This document shows positions 46,801 to 60,387 of a DNA stretch of 64,000 nucleotides, in pieces. The first letter of the stretch is position 1, and each line of letters starts with the position of its first letter. Position numbers and translations under genes: made by a program. Under the pieces are notes generated by a model. It did no database searches and was not told the DNA's origin. It was given only the letters and a program-made list of their open reading frames with translations. This DNA is from Eledone cirrhosa (Eukaryota): contig OZ024756.1 in the NCBI GenBank assembly GCA_964016885.1, forward strand, positions 19,034,001-19,098,000, in the 5' to 3' direction.

Positions 46801-49800
46801 TGACACCTACACAACCACTTTACAGTGTGGACTGGGTACTTTTTTGTCGTGACACCTACACAACCACTTTACAGTGTGGACTGGGTACTTTTTTGTCGTG
46901 ACACCTACACAACCACTTTACAGTGTGGACTGGGTGCTTTTTTGTCGTGACACCTACACAACCACTTTACAGTGTGGACTGGGTACTTTTTTGTCGTGAC
47001 ACCTACACAACCACTTTACAGTGTGGACTGGGTACTTTTTTGTCGTGACACCTACACAACCACTTTACAGTGTGGACTGGGTGCTTTTTTGTCGTGACAC
47101 CTACACAACCACTTTACAGTGTGGACTGGGTACTTTTTTGTCGTGACACCTACACAACCACTTTACAGTGTGGACTGGGTACTTTTTTGTCGTGACACCT
47201 ACACAACCACTTTACAGTGTGGACTGGGTACTTTTTTGTCGTGACACCTACACAACCACTTTACAGTGTGGACTGGGTACTTTTTTGTCGTGACACCTAC
47301 ACAACCACTTTACAGTGTGGACTGGGTGCTTTTTTGTCGTGACACCTACACAACCACTTTACAGTGTGGACTGGGTACTTTTTTGTCGTGACACCTACAC
47401 AACCACTTTACAGTGTGGACTGGGTACTTTTTTGTCGTGACACCTACACAACCACTTTACAGTGTGGACTGGGTACTTTTTTGTCGTGACACCTACACAA
47501 CCACTTTACAGTGTGGACTGGGTGCTTTTTTACCGAGTCACCATCATGACCACTTTACAGTGTTTCGGCCTGTCCTCATGAAAGATGTATGGGAGGGTGG
47601 GGTGGGGTGGGGTGGTACATACTGTATATATGCTTCAGCCTTGGGTTGTGCCCGTGGGAAGTCGGGTTTTCCGTATTACCTCATAATTCCAGAGATTTCG
47701 GTCCTTTGAGAGGTGCAATTGGGCAAGGTCGGCTTTTATCACCTCATCCCAAGTCTTCCTAGGTTCTCCCCACTCCAAAGCTTCCATTAACTTTGAGTTC
47801 CTCTGCACCTTTTTATGCAGCTGTCATCCTTCATATGCATCACATGTCCATGCCAACACAATCTCCTCTCTTGCACACAGCATTTGATTCTTCTTATGCT
47901 TTGCCGTTCACACACACACACATATATATATAAAAGCAACTAAACTCTAATTTGTCTTTTTTTTTTAAAACTTGGTCTGCTTTATTCAACATTTGCAGGT
48001 TGATGAAATAGAAGCTCTAACTGCAATCTATGGAGATGACTGGTGTGTTGTTGACAGCACTTCTCGCATATACTGCATCCAGATTACAGATGGGCAAGAT
48101 GAACCAAAGTGGAAACTGGACCTGCAAGTAAAAAAAAAATATATATATATATATATATTTTTAATATAAATTGATCTGTAAAGGTTGTGGCTTGGTAGAA
48201 ATGGTAGAGTATTGAACAAAATGTCTTTGTGATATTTGGTAGAGAGTGTTCGACAAAATACCATTACAGTTTTTAGTAAGATTGGTAGAGAGTGTCCAAC
48301 AAAAAAAAAACCATTGCAGTTTTTGGTAAAATTGGTAGAGCATCAGACAAAATATCAGAGTTTTTAGTAAGATTGGTAGAGTGTCAGACAAAATATCATT
48401 GCAGTTTTTGGTAAAATTGGTAGAGAGTGTCAGACAAAAACCCATTGCAGTTTTTGGTAAAATTGGTAGAGAGTGTCGGACAAAAAACCATTGCAGTTTT
48501 TGGTAAAATTGGTAGAGAGTGTCAGACAAAATACCATTACAGTTTTTGGTAAGATTGGTTGAGAGTGTCAGACAAAATATCATTGCAGTTTTTGGTAAAA
48601 TTGGTAGAGTGTGTCAGACAAAATACCATTGTAGGATTTTGAAGAGTCAGTAAAGAGTCTTCATCTTCAGCCACTTATTCCTGAGAGGGTCGTGAGGGCA
48701 GAGTCCTCAAACAATCCTTCCAGCAAGTCCTGTCAAAAGCAACCATCTCCAACTGACCTGGCTGGATCCCCAAATGAGACCAGCCAAGCTCATAGATGTT
48801 ATCTAACCATCTTGCTCTGGGTCTCCTGCTGGTTGGTTTTGCCCATAAAATCTGTCTAGTGATTCTTTCCTGTGACATTCTAACCACAAGCCCATAGTAT
48901 CAGAGCTGTGATCTATCAATTTGGAGAAGTAGCAGTTCTACTTTGAGTGACTCACTGATCTCCGAGCTACGCCCTCTATCAAGTAACGTTACTCCAAATA
49001 ACCCTATTTCAGCCACTTCTATTCCCGATCGTATTTTTTTAGTCATTACCCAAGATTGGCATGAATACCGTATTGAAGATAGCGAGTTTAACTTTTTTGT
49101 TGTGTCACTAACATGACTTTACAGAGTGGACTGGGTACTTTTGTAAAACAAATATAAATTAATAATATAATAAATAAACTGTTGAAATATTTTCAGGTTC
49201 AAATGCCCGAAGATTACCCCAGTGTGTCCCCACCCCAGTACCAACTCAGTTGCCCCTGGATACGAGGAGATGAACGGACACAGATTGAAAACCAATTACA
49301 AGAGATTTATCTGTAAGTATAAATATTTGAACTTTACCTTTCATCCATTCGAAGTCAATAAAAAAAGTACCAGTCTAATACTGGGGTTGATTCTTCCTCT
49401 ATATCTTTTTCTCACTTCCTATCTCCCACTCACTCTATCCTTCTCTGTAAGAAATCTGCTGTATTCAGACCTGGAGTGTGGATTGACTCTGCAAGGTTTT
49501 AACTGTCCAAGAAACACCATATGCGACTCCCTCACAAGTTATGGTATCATGTATGTGTATGGTGTCAAACCATGCAGAACTCATTCTGATTTCTATTGTA
49601 ATATATCTCCACCATTTTGTAAATTAGGTGCCTCTTTATACAGCAGGGTTATTTCTCAGGCTCTATTTTTCTATCTTTTTCTCTCCTGCCCTCCTTTATT
49701 CGAGCTATTATTTTCTTTCAGAGATAACTTAGGTGAATGCATCATTTTCAAATGGGTAGAAGAAATTCGAAACATGTTAGCCAAAAAAACTGATGACACT

Positions 49801-52800
49801 TCAAGTGAGTATAAAATATTTTCTCTTATTCAGACTGCTTGTATTTCATTGTTATTGAAGCCCTGTAATATTTTCCAAAATTACCACTAGGCTGTTAATT
49901 TGCTTTTTTAACTATGATCTTATCTTATTTCTAACCAAACAATAGAGTTGGTTGATCTACTAGAAATAGCCACCAAATCTCCTTCGAAGGACACACTGAA
50001 TAATGTGACAATTTGATATTTGTTATACTTTTATGTCTCTTCTAACCTTTCTGTCACTAGATGTGTGTGAAGGTTAACCAGCTCCATTGATCTATCTAAT
50101 GTCCAGTTCACATATACCCTAATGTCCAGATCTTTCTAATTCCAGTTCAGTCATACCCTGATGTCCAGTTACAGAATGTTACTTTGAAAGAACCTCAGGA
50201 AAATAAGGATTTCAACTTTGATGTTGAAGCTGAAATTGAAGAAGATTTTCTCAATACTAAAAATGTAGAAGGTACAGTTCATTCTTTTATATTCCTTATT
50301 AATCTTTCTTGTTGACCAATACACACACACACACACTTTCTTTTTAGTTCCGACTAATGATGGGAAATTTGATTTATGATTCTAAGCTTTATCTATTTTG
50401 TCATTATCATCATCATTTTACAACCACTTTCCCATGCTTGCATGGGTTGGACAGATCTCTTCCAACACACAATCTCTCCACCTCCTCTGGAAGCTTCAAT
50501 GATTTCAGATCAGCTTTCACAACCACTGTTCTGGTCTTCCTTGGTTTCCCTCTGCTACATTTTCTTTCCACTGGAAGTTTTTGCCATTTCTCTCAATCAT
50601 CTGTGCAATCTTCTCTCTTCTTACATCTGATTCCTGTTATACCCAGCTTTTCTCTCAGCTCATTCATACTCTGTCATTCACATCCATAAACTATGACCAG
50701 TGCAGAATATAAGGTGGAGGGATGCTGTGCCAGAAAAGACCTGTCAAACCCATGCAAGCATGGAAAAACGGATGTAAAATAGCTAATTCTTGTTGTTGTA
50801 GCTGTTGAATGCCCTGTGATACACCATGGCGAGCCTATGACAGAGAAACGAAGTACATTTCAAGCTCATTTAGCTGCTCTCAAACACAAGTGCCAAGTAA
50901 GAGAAAAACTTTGTTGCTTTACTGTTCAAGGTGGCAAATTGACAGAATCATTAGAATGTCGGATAGAATGCTTTGCGGCATTCATTCTGGCTTTCTCCTC
51001 TCTGAGTTCAAATCCTGCCAATGTCAACTTTGATTTTCTTCCTTTCAATAATAAAAGTACCAGTTCAGTACTAGGGTCGATTCTTCCTCTATATATTTCT
51101 CTTCTTCTTCTCTGAAAAATATTTGACTGTGTTCAAACCTGAACAGAGATGGGCCCTGCCAAGTTTAAAATGCACAAGAAACGATGTAAAGTAGTTGGCA
51201 ATAGCAAGGACATCTATCTATAAACACCACATAAAAACAGGAAGAAAAATTATGGAGTCATGGACTCTGCAAACTGTAGTGAAGGCAACCCATATAGTAG
51301 AGCTGTTACTCCAAAATAAAAACTGATACAGGTTAGAGAGGATTCTATTCCTGGCAGAAAACCTTTCATGTTGATGGCATGATAGAATGTACCCAATCCA
51401 TGCTGTAAAGTAGTTGGTGATTGGACGGGCATCCAACCATGAGAAATTATCCAAAAAAAACAAAACATACTTAACAAAGATTGGTGATTTTGTATGTTGT
51501 TGAATAAGACAGCAATAAGTGTTAAGATGCTGTTCTGGTGCAGAACCGTCCAACATATGTCAGCAGCAGGGAACAAAACAGATGTAAATTAGATTTAAAG
51601 TGTTGACATCATATAATTATCTAACCTTGCTTCTTTTAGTTACCTGTTTTTAATTAACCTCTTCAGTGACAAAGACAAGATAACTCATCCTAATATGTAT
51701 GCATTTCAGTGCCACAGACGAGATAACTCGTCCTAACATGATTGAACTCTTTTCGTAACTTCAAATTATGAACTCATTTCCAACAGTTCATAACTTCGAA
51801 GCTAGATAGGGTTACTAGTTTATTGATGTGACATTTGTCAATCAAAATAGTTATTTTACTGAAAAAAAACCCCAGCACAGCAACTCTAGCTGTGTAAAAT
51901 ACACATAGCCGTATTTGTTCCAGTTTTTTACATTCTGAGTTCAAATCTTACTTGATATCAATTTTGCCTTTCATCCTTCCAAGATTGATAAAATAAAGTA
52001 CCAGTAAGGTGCTGGGGGTCAATATAATATAATTTCTAGTCACCCCCAAAATTGCTGGCCCTGTGCTAAAATTAGAAACCATTATTTAGAAAAATATTTT
52101 TGTCTTCTACATTTGTTCTGTCTCAGAACATTTATGTAAATTTAAGGATTATTGATCTAATCTCTTCTAATATTATTCTAGGTAACCATGGTTATGGATA
52201 CACTTCTTCAGAATAAGAAGGTGGCGAATGCAACTCACAATATTATGGCGTACAGGTAAACACTCAGTGTTCACTTAAAGTATATAATACATAGGGCGGT
52301 GGCGTGTCGGACACCATGCTTTGCGGCATAGAGTTACGGCCCTTTACATTCTGAGTTCAAATCCTGCCGAAGCTAGCTTTGCATTTTATCCTTACGGGGT
52401 CAATAAATAATTGTTTCTACTTTAGGCACAAGGCCAGCAATTACCCAGTACATTACTGGTACTTTATTTTATCGACCTCGTAAGGATGAAAGGCAAAGTC
52501 AACCTCGGCGGGATTTGAACTCGAATCGTAAAGGGACGTAACTATGCTGGAAAGCATGGCTTCCGACCCTCTACCGATTCTGCCAATCCACCGCCCTATG
52601 TATGGGGTCAATAAATAATGCACTGGGGTCGATTTAATCAATTTTCCCTGTGCCTTCAAATTGCTGGTCTTGTGCCTAAAGTAGAAATAATATATATAAA
52701 CTTTTCATTGTTGGCTTGGGTTGGACAGGACTTTGTGAGGCAATGTTTTACAGCCAGATGCCCTTTCTCACCTTTTTTAGTTGTTTCTTATAACATACAA

Positions 52801-55330
52801 AGATAGGGTGTACCTATTCCAAACCAGATATTTGCTTAGTATTAATGGTTGCAAGAATGAGTACTCAGTAGCATAGTAGAAATTAAATGTATTCTTTATT
52901 AAGGCCAAGCTGGAGCCTTGTTACTCTCGAGTTTCTTTTGTGTACTCACTGATAGCGCTGTAAGTACACAGGAGAAACTCTAGAGTACTAAGGCTCCAGC
53001 TTGCCCTTAATAAAGACTATCATCATCATCAATTAACATCTATCTTCCACGCTAGCATAGGTTAAACGGGGTTGTCTCATTTATATAGGAGTGTTTCTGG
53101 CTGGATGCCCTTTCTAATGCCAACTACATTGACAGCAAGAAAGGACCACATATTGTAAAGGGAACACTATATTGTATATATACTAAATACATATTCCATA
53201 GAAGAATATGTACTCTTGATTTTGAACTACACTCTACAGAGTGTGAAATAGCGCTATAAGGTTTCTAATGATTCCACCTTGAGTACATATTTTTCTATGG
53301 AATATGTATTTAGTAAATATACAACATACTCCTCTACGATATATGATTCTTTCCCTATATACATATATCTTTTTCATTTAATTTATTATAGCTCTGGATA
53401 ATGTCTATTGAGCTTGCTCATTGAGAAACACAAAATCCTAACATATTTTATATGTTTTGATTCAGAGAGAGAGAGAGAGTACAAACATCCCATTATCATA
53501 CAGCTATATAATCATGGCTGATCTGGGGCTAAACAACAACCACCATTGGCCTACACTATACCTGCATGTTGCTGAAAACAGTTTCTATATTTCTAGGATC
53601 CTACCTGGAGATAGTAATATAGTTATCCAAGGCTGTGATGATGATGGAGAAGTTCATGCTGGTTCTCGATTGCTACACTTGCTCCAGGTAAATATGACAT
53701 ACGAGACAATCACTGTAAATACGAGACAATCACTGTAGCCAAACCAGGTAAATGATACACTCTATACTAGCCAACATTTTCTTTTCTCTTCATAGACTCA
53801 TCATCATCATTTAACTATTTTCACTGCCAGCATGGGTTGGACATGTCATAACTGATTCCCCAGTGGGCTGGGGTCACCACACATGTGAAACCACTGACTC
53901 CCTGGTTGGCTGGGGAGCAAGCTGCCTCTATTATTTTATTGGTTTCAGGTGTTGGATGGCATCACACCATAGTTGGTCTTACTTTCTACCAAGTACACAG
54001 AAGAGGTTATCATGTCTTTGACACAAACTGAAGGGTCTTCCCAACTTTCTATGGTATCAGAAATTCCAATTTTGGGGCAAGGCCAGCAAAGTTGATTAAA
54101 TCAACCCTTGTACATAACTGATACTTTATTTTATTGACCTCGACAGGATTTGAAATCAGACTGTAGAAAGCCATAACTAAATCCCACAAGCCATTTTATC
54201 CAATACTGCAAATCTGCCGGCCTCAACATTGACAGGGTCGTTAGAACATTGGATAGAACGCTTTATGGTATTCGTTCTAGCTCTGAGTTAAAAAAAAACA
54301 AGTACCAGTCAAGTATTGGGGTCGATTCTTCCTCCCTCTGGTAGAAATCTGCTGCACTCAGGCCTGGAGAAGGATGGGCTCTGCCAGGCTTAAAATGCCC
54401 CTACAACTATCAAGAGTTACAGGACCATACATACATACTACCACTCCACTACCCTTAAACTTTTCTGTTTTAATCTATTTGTTCATTGAAGTTTGTCATA
54501 ATTTGTAGATAATTGAGGCCACAAACGTTATTGTTGTCATCTCCCGATGGTTTGGAGGAATTCTCTTGGGACCAGACCGTTTCAAATTTATCAATAATTG
54601 TGCCAGGCAAATCTGTGATCAACATGGTTACATCAAAGTAAAGGTAAGGCTTTCTTTATATATATATAAAGGAAAATTCATCTGAAAATTATATCTCTAT
54701 AATAGATAAAATACACCCAGTCTACCCTGTAAAGTAGTAGTGCTGGTGCTCCAACAAAAAGGACCCAGTCCATTCAGGAATAATGAGATAATTTTCCAAG
54801 GGTTAGCTGAAAAGTTTATAGGCTGACCAAGACTCATGGAATGACCAAATGAGGTTTTTCTTTTTCAACATGGTCCCCTAAAAAGAAACATTGCAGTTAT
54901 TAAGAAGAGTTGAAATTAATGCATGCAAGATTTCACATCATTGTTTCATAGTCAGCCTATGAACTTTTCAGCCGTCCCTCCTAGTAAATCCTCAATTCAT
55001 ATACAGTATATTTTATTACAAATATAATTTAACCCTTTAGCATTTAAACTGGCTGCATCTGGCCACTCATACTGATATTAAGGTATTGTTCTCAAAATAA
55101 ATAATACCAAAATCTCAGATTCAATATTATGTGAGATAAAGCCTTTTCTGTGAAAATACAATTGTATATATAAAGTAATGTAAATGCTAAAGGATTAAGG
55201 GTTAAAAATAGGTATCATATTCAACTTTAGTCATTTGTGTGGGTCAAATCTTTTGATGCTAATGAAACATTTTCTTTTTTTACCCTAGCAAAGTGAAAAA
55301 CATTCACGAAAATCCAAGAAGACAAAATAA
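43876..55330 (+). CDS. IMPACT: Protein IMPACT (RWD domain + ancient UPF0029 domain; GCN2 regulator), 10 exons, complete
   Basis: Exons 43876(or ATG 43912)-43944, 47999-48127 (VDEIEALTAIYGDDW), 49197-49312 (MPEDYPSVSPPQYQLSCPW), 49722-49804 (NLGECIIFKWVEEIR), 50146-50271 (acidic linker, acceptor less certain), 50802-50896 (IHHGEPMTEKRSTFQAH), 52182-52255 (NKKVANATHNIMAYR), 53597-53687 (CDDDGEVHAGSRLLHLLQ), 54509-54643 (VISRWFGGILLGPDRFKFINNCAR), 55289-55330 (QSEKHSRKSKKTK*). All junctions are GT-AG and phases match. Confidence 0.95.
46563..47910 (-). mobile_element. RTE LINE 3' fragment with an amplified 44 bp 3' UTR unit
   Basis: 47640-47910 matches 37500-37810; about 17-18 tandem copies of a 44 bp unit lie at 46757-47530. 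Confidence 0.8.
48232..48632. repeat. ~46 bp degenerate tandem repeat
   Basis: Unit attggtagagagtgtcagacaaaa..cattgcagtttttggtaaa, about 9 copies. Confidence 0.8.
48660..49030 (-). mobile_element. RTE-type LINE 3' fragment (related pieces at 21530-21860, 44985-45110, 63690-64000)
   Basis: VRMSQERITRQILWAKPTSRRPRARWLD..; shared end ccacttattcc(c/t)gagaggg. Confidence 0.7.
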
Positions 55331-57024
55331 TATTTTAAGACATTTTCAAGAAAATATGAGAGTGTTTACTGTTTTTTTGGTTTTATTTCCAAATGGTCTC
55401 TGGCTGCCTTATGATATATCCAACCATTTTACGGAAAGGAACCCCCTTTTTTTTATATATATATATATTTTATATAAATTACAATGGTGTTCATACCGTT
55501 TTCTCTCCATCCCTTGTACTGTTAAAATAATCATTAGTCAATCCATCTCCTATATCAACTCTGGACATTTTAGTTCAGAATCTTCCCCCAAAACAGTACA
55601 CTGATTTCAGGAATCAGTAATACTACAGACTTTTGTAAATAAAGATGATGGTATTGTGAAAATGCTAAAAAAACCAAAAAAAACCACAGATTTCTATTCA
55701 GTCTTCACTAAAACTCCAGGCTTTTATAAAGTTGGTGTTGATGTGACGTGTAAAGAACTACATATTTCTGTTCTGTTTAACCTGTTAACTGCTGCGTATA
55801 TTTTACACAACTACAGTTGCTGTGCCAGGTTTTTTTCCAGTAAAATGACTATTTTGATTGACAAACATCACATCAATAAACTAGTAACCCCATCTAGCTT
55901 TGAAGTTATGAACTGTTGGAAAGGAGTCCAAATGTGTTAGTTATTTCGTCTACGGAACTGAAGAGGTTAATTCAGAGTCTTCACCAAAACAACAAACCAT
56001 TCTGAAGATCACTAAAACTCCAGGCTTTTATAAATATATAAAGTTGTTGTTGATGTTGTGGAGTGTAAAGACAACACATTTCTGTTCTGTTTAGTTCAGA
56101 ATCTTCAGTAAAATTCCAATCTACTTTTGTAAATAAAGACAGATTTGTGAAGTGTAAAGAACTAAAGATTTCTGTTCTACCTTATGAGGCTAAGTAATCA
56201 TAAAACTGGACAGTGCTGCTTAATGAGCAGTGAAAACCACAATCCTTTTGGTGCACGGGGGGGGGGGGGTTGAACCTTCTACAGCAGAATCAAATTAACT
56301 GTATAAACAACTTAAACAATTCTATTTTCTGAATCAGTAAATATGTGGAGGAGAAAATCAAGTTTTCAATTCAATATACATATCTAACTTTCTGGGCGCA
56401 TTATGTCGCCAATGGAGTAATCTCCCCTTAATACAGAATGCAATGTCAAGGGAAGCAATTCATAAAAAAGATTCAGTGTGCTAAAGATTAAAATCTCTAC
56501 TTTGATTGTCTGCCTTTCATCTACTCCTCCCTTTTTTTATACATTGTTATGTCTTACTTTTCTCATTTCTCCATTGAGAAACCTCTAAAAGCTACAGACA
56601 ATTTTGTTATTCAATTCTTACTCTAAATATATGGAAAATGAAGAGAAAATATTTAAATTCTAAGCCAGGACAATCACTCCTAATCTAAAAGACACAATAA
56701 TGCAAAAATGGGGGTTAAATCTGTAAAAATATTTCAAAAAAAATTTGAAGAAGGTAAAAAAAAAAAAAAAAAAAAAAATACCTGCATCATTGAATTCTGA
56801 GCAAATATATAAATATTTTTTCCTTGGAATTCATTAATAAAATTCAAGATTCTTTCCCAAAAATATTTATTACGTTATTACCACAATGGTTATGGTTTTT
56901 TTCAGTTTGGTTTTGTTTTTGGTTATTCTTAAATTCATAAAAAAAAATTTATTTTTACTGAAGAAGGAAAAGAGTTTCTTATGGAAAAAAAAAACATCTC
57001 TTTATACTTGTTCATGATTTCAAG

Positions 57025-57066
<42 letters not shown>

Positions 57067-57437
57067 GTTCATCTACTACAGTGCAGCTGCAACTTCAGTT
57101 GTACTCATTTTATATATATATATATCTTGACATATAACATAATATAATTAATTTATAGTCCATGGAAGAGATTGCAATAAGTCTATAGCAAAAAAAAAAA
57201 AAAAAAAAAAAAAAAGAAAATGGATTCAATACATAATAAAGAGTAAATGTTGATTTAGTAAGGATTCAATACCTTACAATTGTACAAATATTTCAATACA
57301 TTAGAAGCTCTTCAAAAAGGCGTACATTTGAAAAAGTATTGATGTATTGAAACATTTTTACGGTATTCATTTGTGTGTATGTAAATATATATATATAATA
57401 TTAAAATATAAATATTAATAAAATAGATGTTCTTTTG

Positions 57438-57494
57438 ACATTTTATTATACATATTTCGGATGTACAACAGTACGTCCTCATCAGACAAAATAT
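57438..57494 (-). ncRNA. Minimal type I hammerhead ribozyme downstream of SIRT5
   Basis: Minus strand: atattttgt-CTGATGA-ggacgtac tgtt gtacatcc-GAAA-TATGTA-TA-ataaaatgt. Confidence 0.8.
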
Positions 57495-57866
57495 AATGAT
57501 ACATCTATTTTATTAATATTTATATTTTAATATTAATAACTCCGGAAAATTGTTTTTCCGTAGAGTGCTTCCAATCTACTGTAAAACTCATTCTTTGACA
57601 TAATCATTGAATATTGTTTAACATTTTAATGTATATATATATATATATATATATTTATATCTTCACATTTGATGAGTTGTAGTGCACCTGAGCATTGTAC
57701 ACATTTTCACACTCATTATTATTATATCAGAACTTTCATCCTTATGGGGTCGATAAAATAAAGTACCAGTAATACACTGGGGTAATTGCTGGCCTTGTGC
57801 CTAAAGTAGAAACAATTATTATTATATCAGAACTTTCCTGATTTCTAGTCCTCTAGAAGTCATAAC

Positions 57867-57907
<41 letters not shown>

Positions 57908-58349
57908 GGATAGTTATTGAAGGTGAATAGACTACTGGTTAGAGCAATAACAGTCTTGTTTACATGTGTGTGTGTGTTTATATATATACTCTTAAATTTT
58001 ATATATAGACAGACAGAAAGATAGATGTAGGTGCCTTAGGTTATAATTGTTTCTGAGCAGAGACATTAGTATCAAATTCAGAATTGTAGCTAACTGGTGA
58101 TGGTCAATATTGCCAAAAATCAATCAATAGTCGAGTTTTAATAAGTTCGTTTGCCATAAGGAATGTGTAGTGGAGTCAAACATTTCTTGTTCTTACCTTT
58201 CATCTTAGAGGGAAGCAAAAGAAAGAAAAAAAAAATGTTCTTAGGTCTGGAGTCAAATGTTCAAAAAAATTAGACTCTATATTCTTCACAACAAATGAAC
58301 CTATCCAGCTCTACACAGAGAAAGGAGCAGCCATATCCATTCAGCCCCC

Positions 58350-58882
58350 TCATTCTGTCGGTTCACTCTTGTCTTCTGCCAGAATGGCGGGTAAGGTAGT
58401 TCCAGCTAAACCTTCAAAATGAAAGCTGCAGAGGGAAAGAAAATAAAATGAACAACAACGTAGATATTTAAAAGTCATATATAATTATAAATGATGTCCT
58501 CAAGCACATACATGCTATAAAATAGCTTATAAAATTCTTTTTCCATTTTTTAAGGGTCTTCACCTTCCTTTGTAAGCTTTTTTTGTAATATCTCTACATG
58601 TGAACACATCCTTTGAAGAAAAATAAATGTTAAACAGTGATGATGATGATATATATATATAGGTTAACTTTGCCTTTCATCCTTACGAGGGTCGATAAAA
58701 TAAAGTACCAGTAATGCACTGGGGTAATTGCTGACCTTGTGCCAAAAGTAGAAACAATTATTATTATTACACTCCGCTTAGTACGACCCCAAAATACATA
58801 CTGAAGACTACGTATTGAGTGCTCACTATGATGAACCAACAGTAACTTGATTTTACACTCTCTAAACTATATATATATATAT

Positions 58883-58917
<35 letters not shown>

Positions 58918-59290
58918 ACGTCCGCTTTTCCCTGCTTGCAAGGGTGGGACGGGAACTGATTCTGGCTTGATTTCTACAGCTGGATGCCCTTCTTAACACC
59001 AACCTCATTTACGGTGAGTGCTGGGTGCTTTTTTTCCATGGTGCCTACACATCCACTTTACTGTGTGGGCTGGGTACTTTTTTTTTTTTTTTTTGCCGTG
59101 GCACTTCCACGACCACTTTGCAGTGGAATGATATGGACCCCAGTCCTATCATCTCATTTCTACAGCTGAGTAAACTGGAGAAATGTGAAATAAAGTGTCT
59201 TGCTCAAGGAAACAACACATCAGCCGGTCCGAGAATTGAACTCATAACCTTTCAATTGCAAGGCCAATGCTCTAACCACTAAGCCATGTG

Positions 59291-59331
<41 letters not shown>

Positions 59332-60352
59332 ATGTATACTCTCTGCACTTAAAAGTTCGAGAATGTGGCTTACATACATTGTTTATTTAAAAGTTAATTT
59401 CAACAAGGACAGAATGTAAATATTTTACAATATATAAAAAGTTCAGTTGTCAACCCATCTCCTTCCAAATACAAAGACCTCTATGTAGTTACTCAGCTTG
59501 CTAGAAATAGAAGCCACGTCTACTCCAAATTGCACACTGCTAGCATAATAGAAAAATAAAGGATGAGGAAGCACTTATGGAATAATGTAGTCCTAAATAA
59601 ACTGCAGCAGGAACTAGGAGCTCATTTGTACACTAACTACAATATCTCTTTGCTCCCTCCCTGTCTATATATTCTCCCACAAGACGGAGTTCTATATGTT
59701 CTCCCACCCTAGCTGTATGTTGTCAATCACAAGACACAGAGCTCTATACATTCTCCCACCCTAGCTGTATGTTCTGTAAATCTCTAGAAATAGAAATAAA
59801 ATAATAGAACCCTCACTGCAACGAATTAGTGGCTGGAGTCTCTTCAGTGTTGAATTCTGCAACTGGGATTCCTCGGTTGGCTAACATTGGTGCATACATG
59901 GCAGCTGGGTACACAATTGATGAAGTACCGACCTGGATAGAGAAAATAATTTATTGACTTAACAACACAGGCATTTTAAGGCCAATTTTCCAATATAAAT
60001 TATATATATATATTTATTTATTTATTATTAGTACAGATTAAAGTTTAACCCTTTAGCCTTTAAACTGGCTGTATCTGACCAGAATTCTCTCACCTCTTTC
60101 TGCTCAAACCGGCTGTAACTGCACACTCATACTGATGTTAAGGTATTATTCTCAAAATAAATGTCACAGCAAAAAAAAGCACCCAGCCCACACTGTAAAT
60201 GAGGTTGGTGTTAGGAAGGGCATCCAGCTGTAGAAATCAAGCCAGAATCAGTTCCTGTTTGAAGTCAAGGTCAGCCGACCGGACACTGCTCACAACAGGA
60301 CAACCCGTCTAACCCATGCTAGCATGGAAGAATGGACGTAAAATGGTGATGA

Positions 60353-60387
<35 letters not shown>

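Noticed and set aside
56061-56112. Minus-strand CTGAAGA..GAAA..GTC hammerhead-like string
   Set aside because: Stem I cannot pair and stem III is unpaired.
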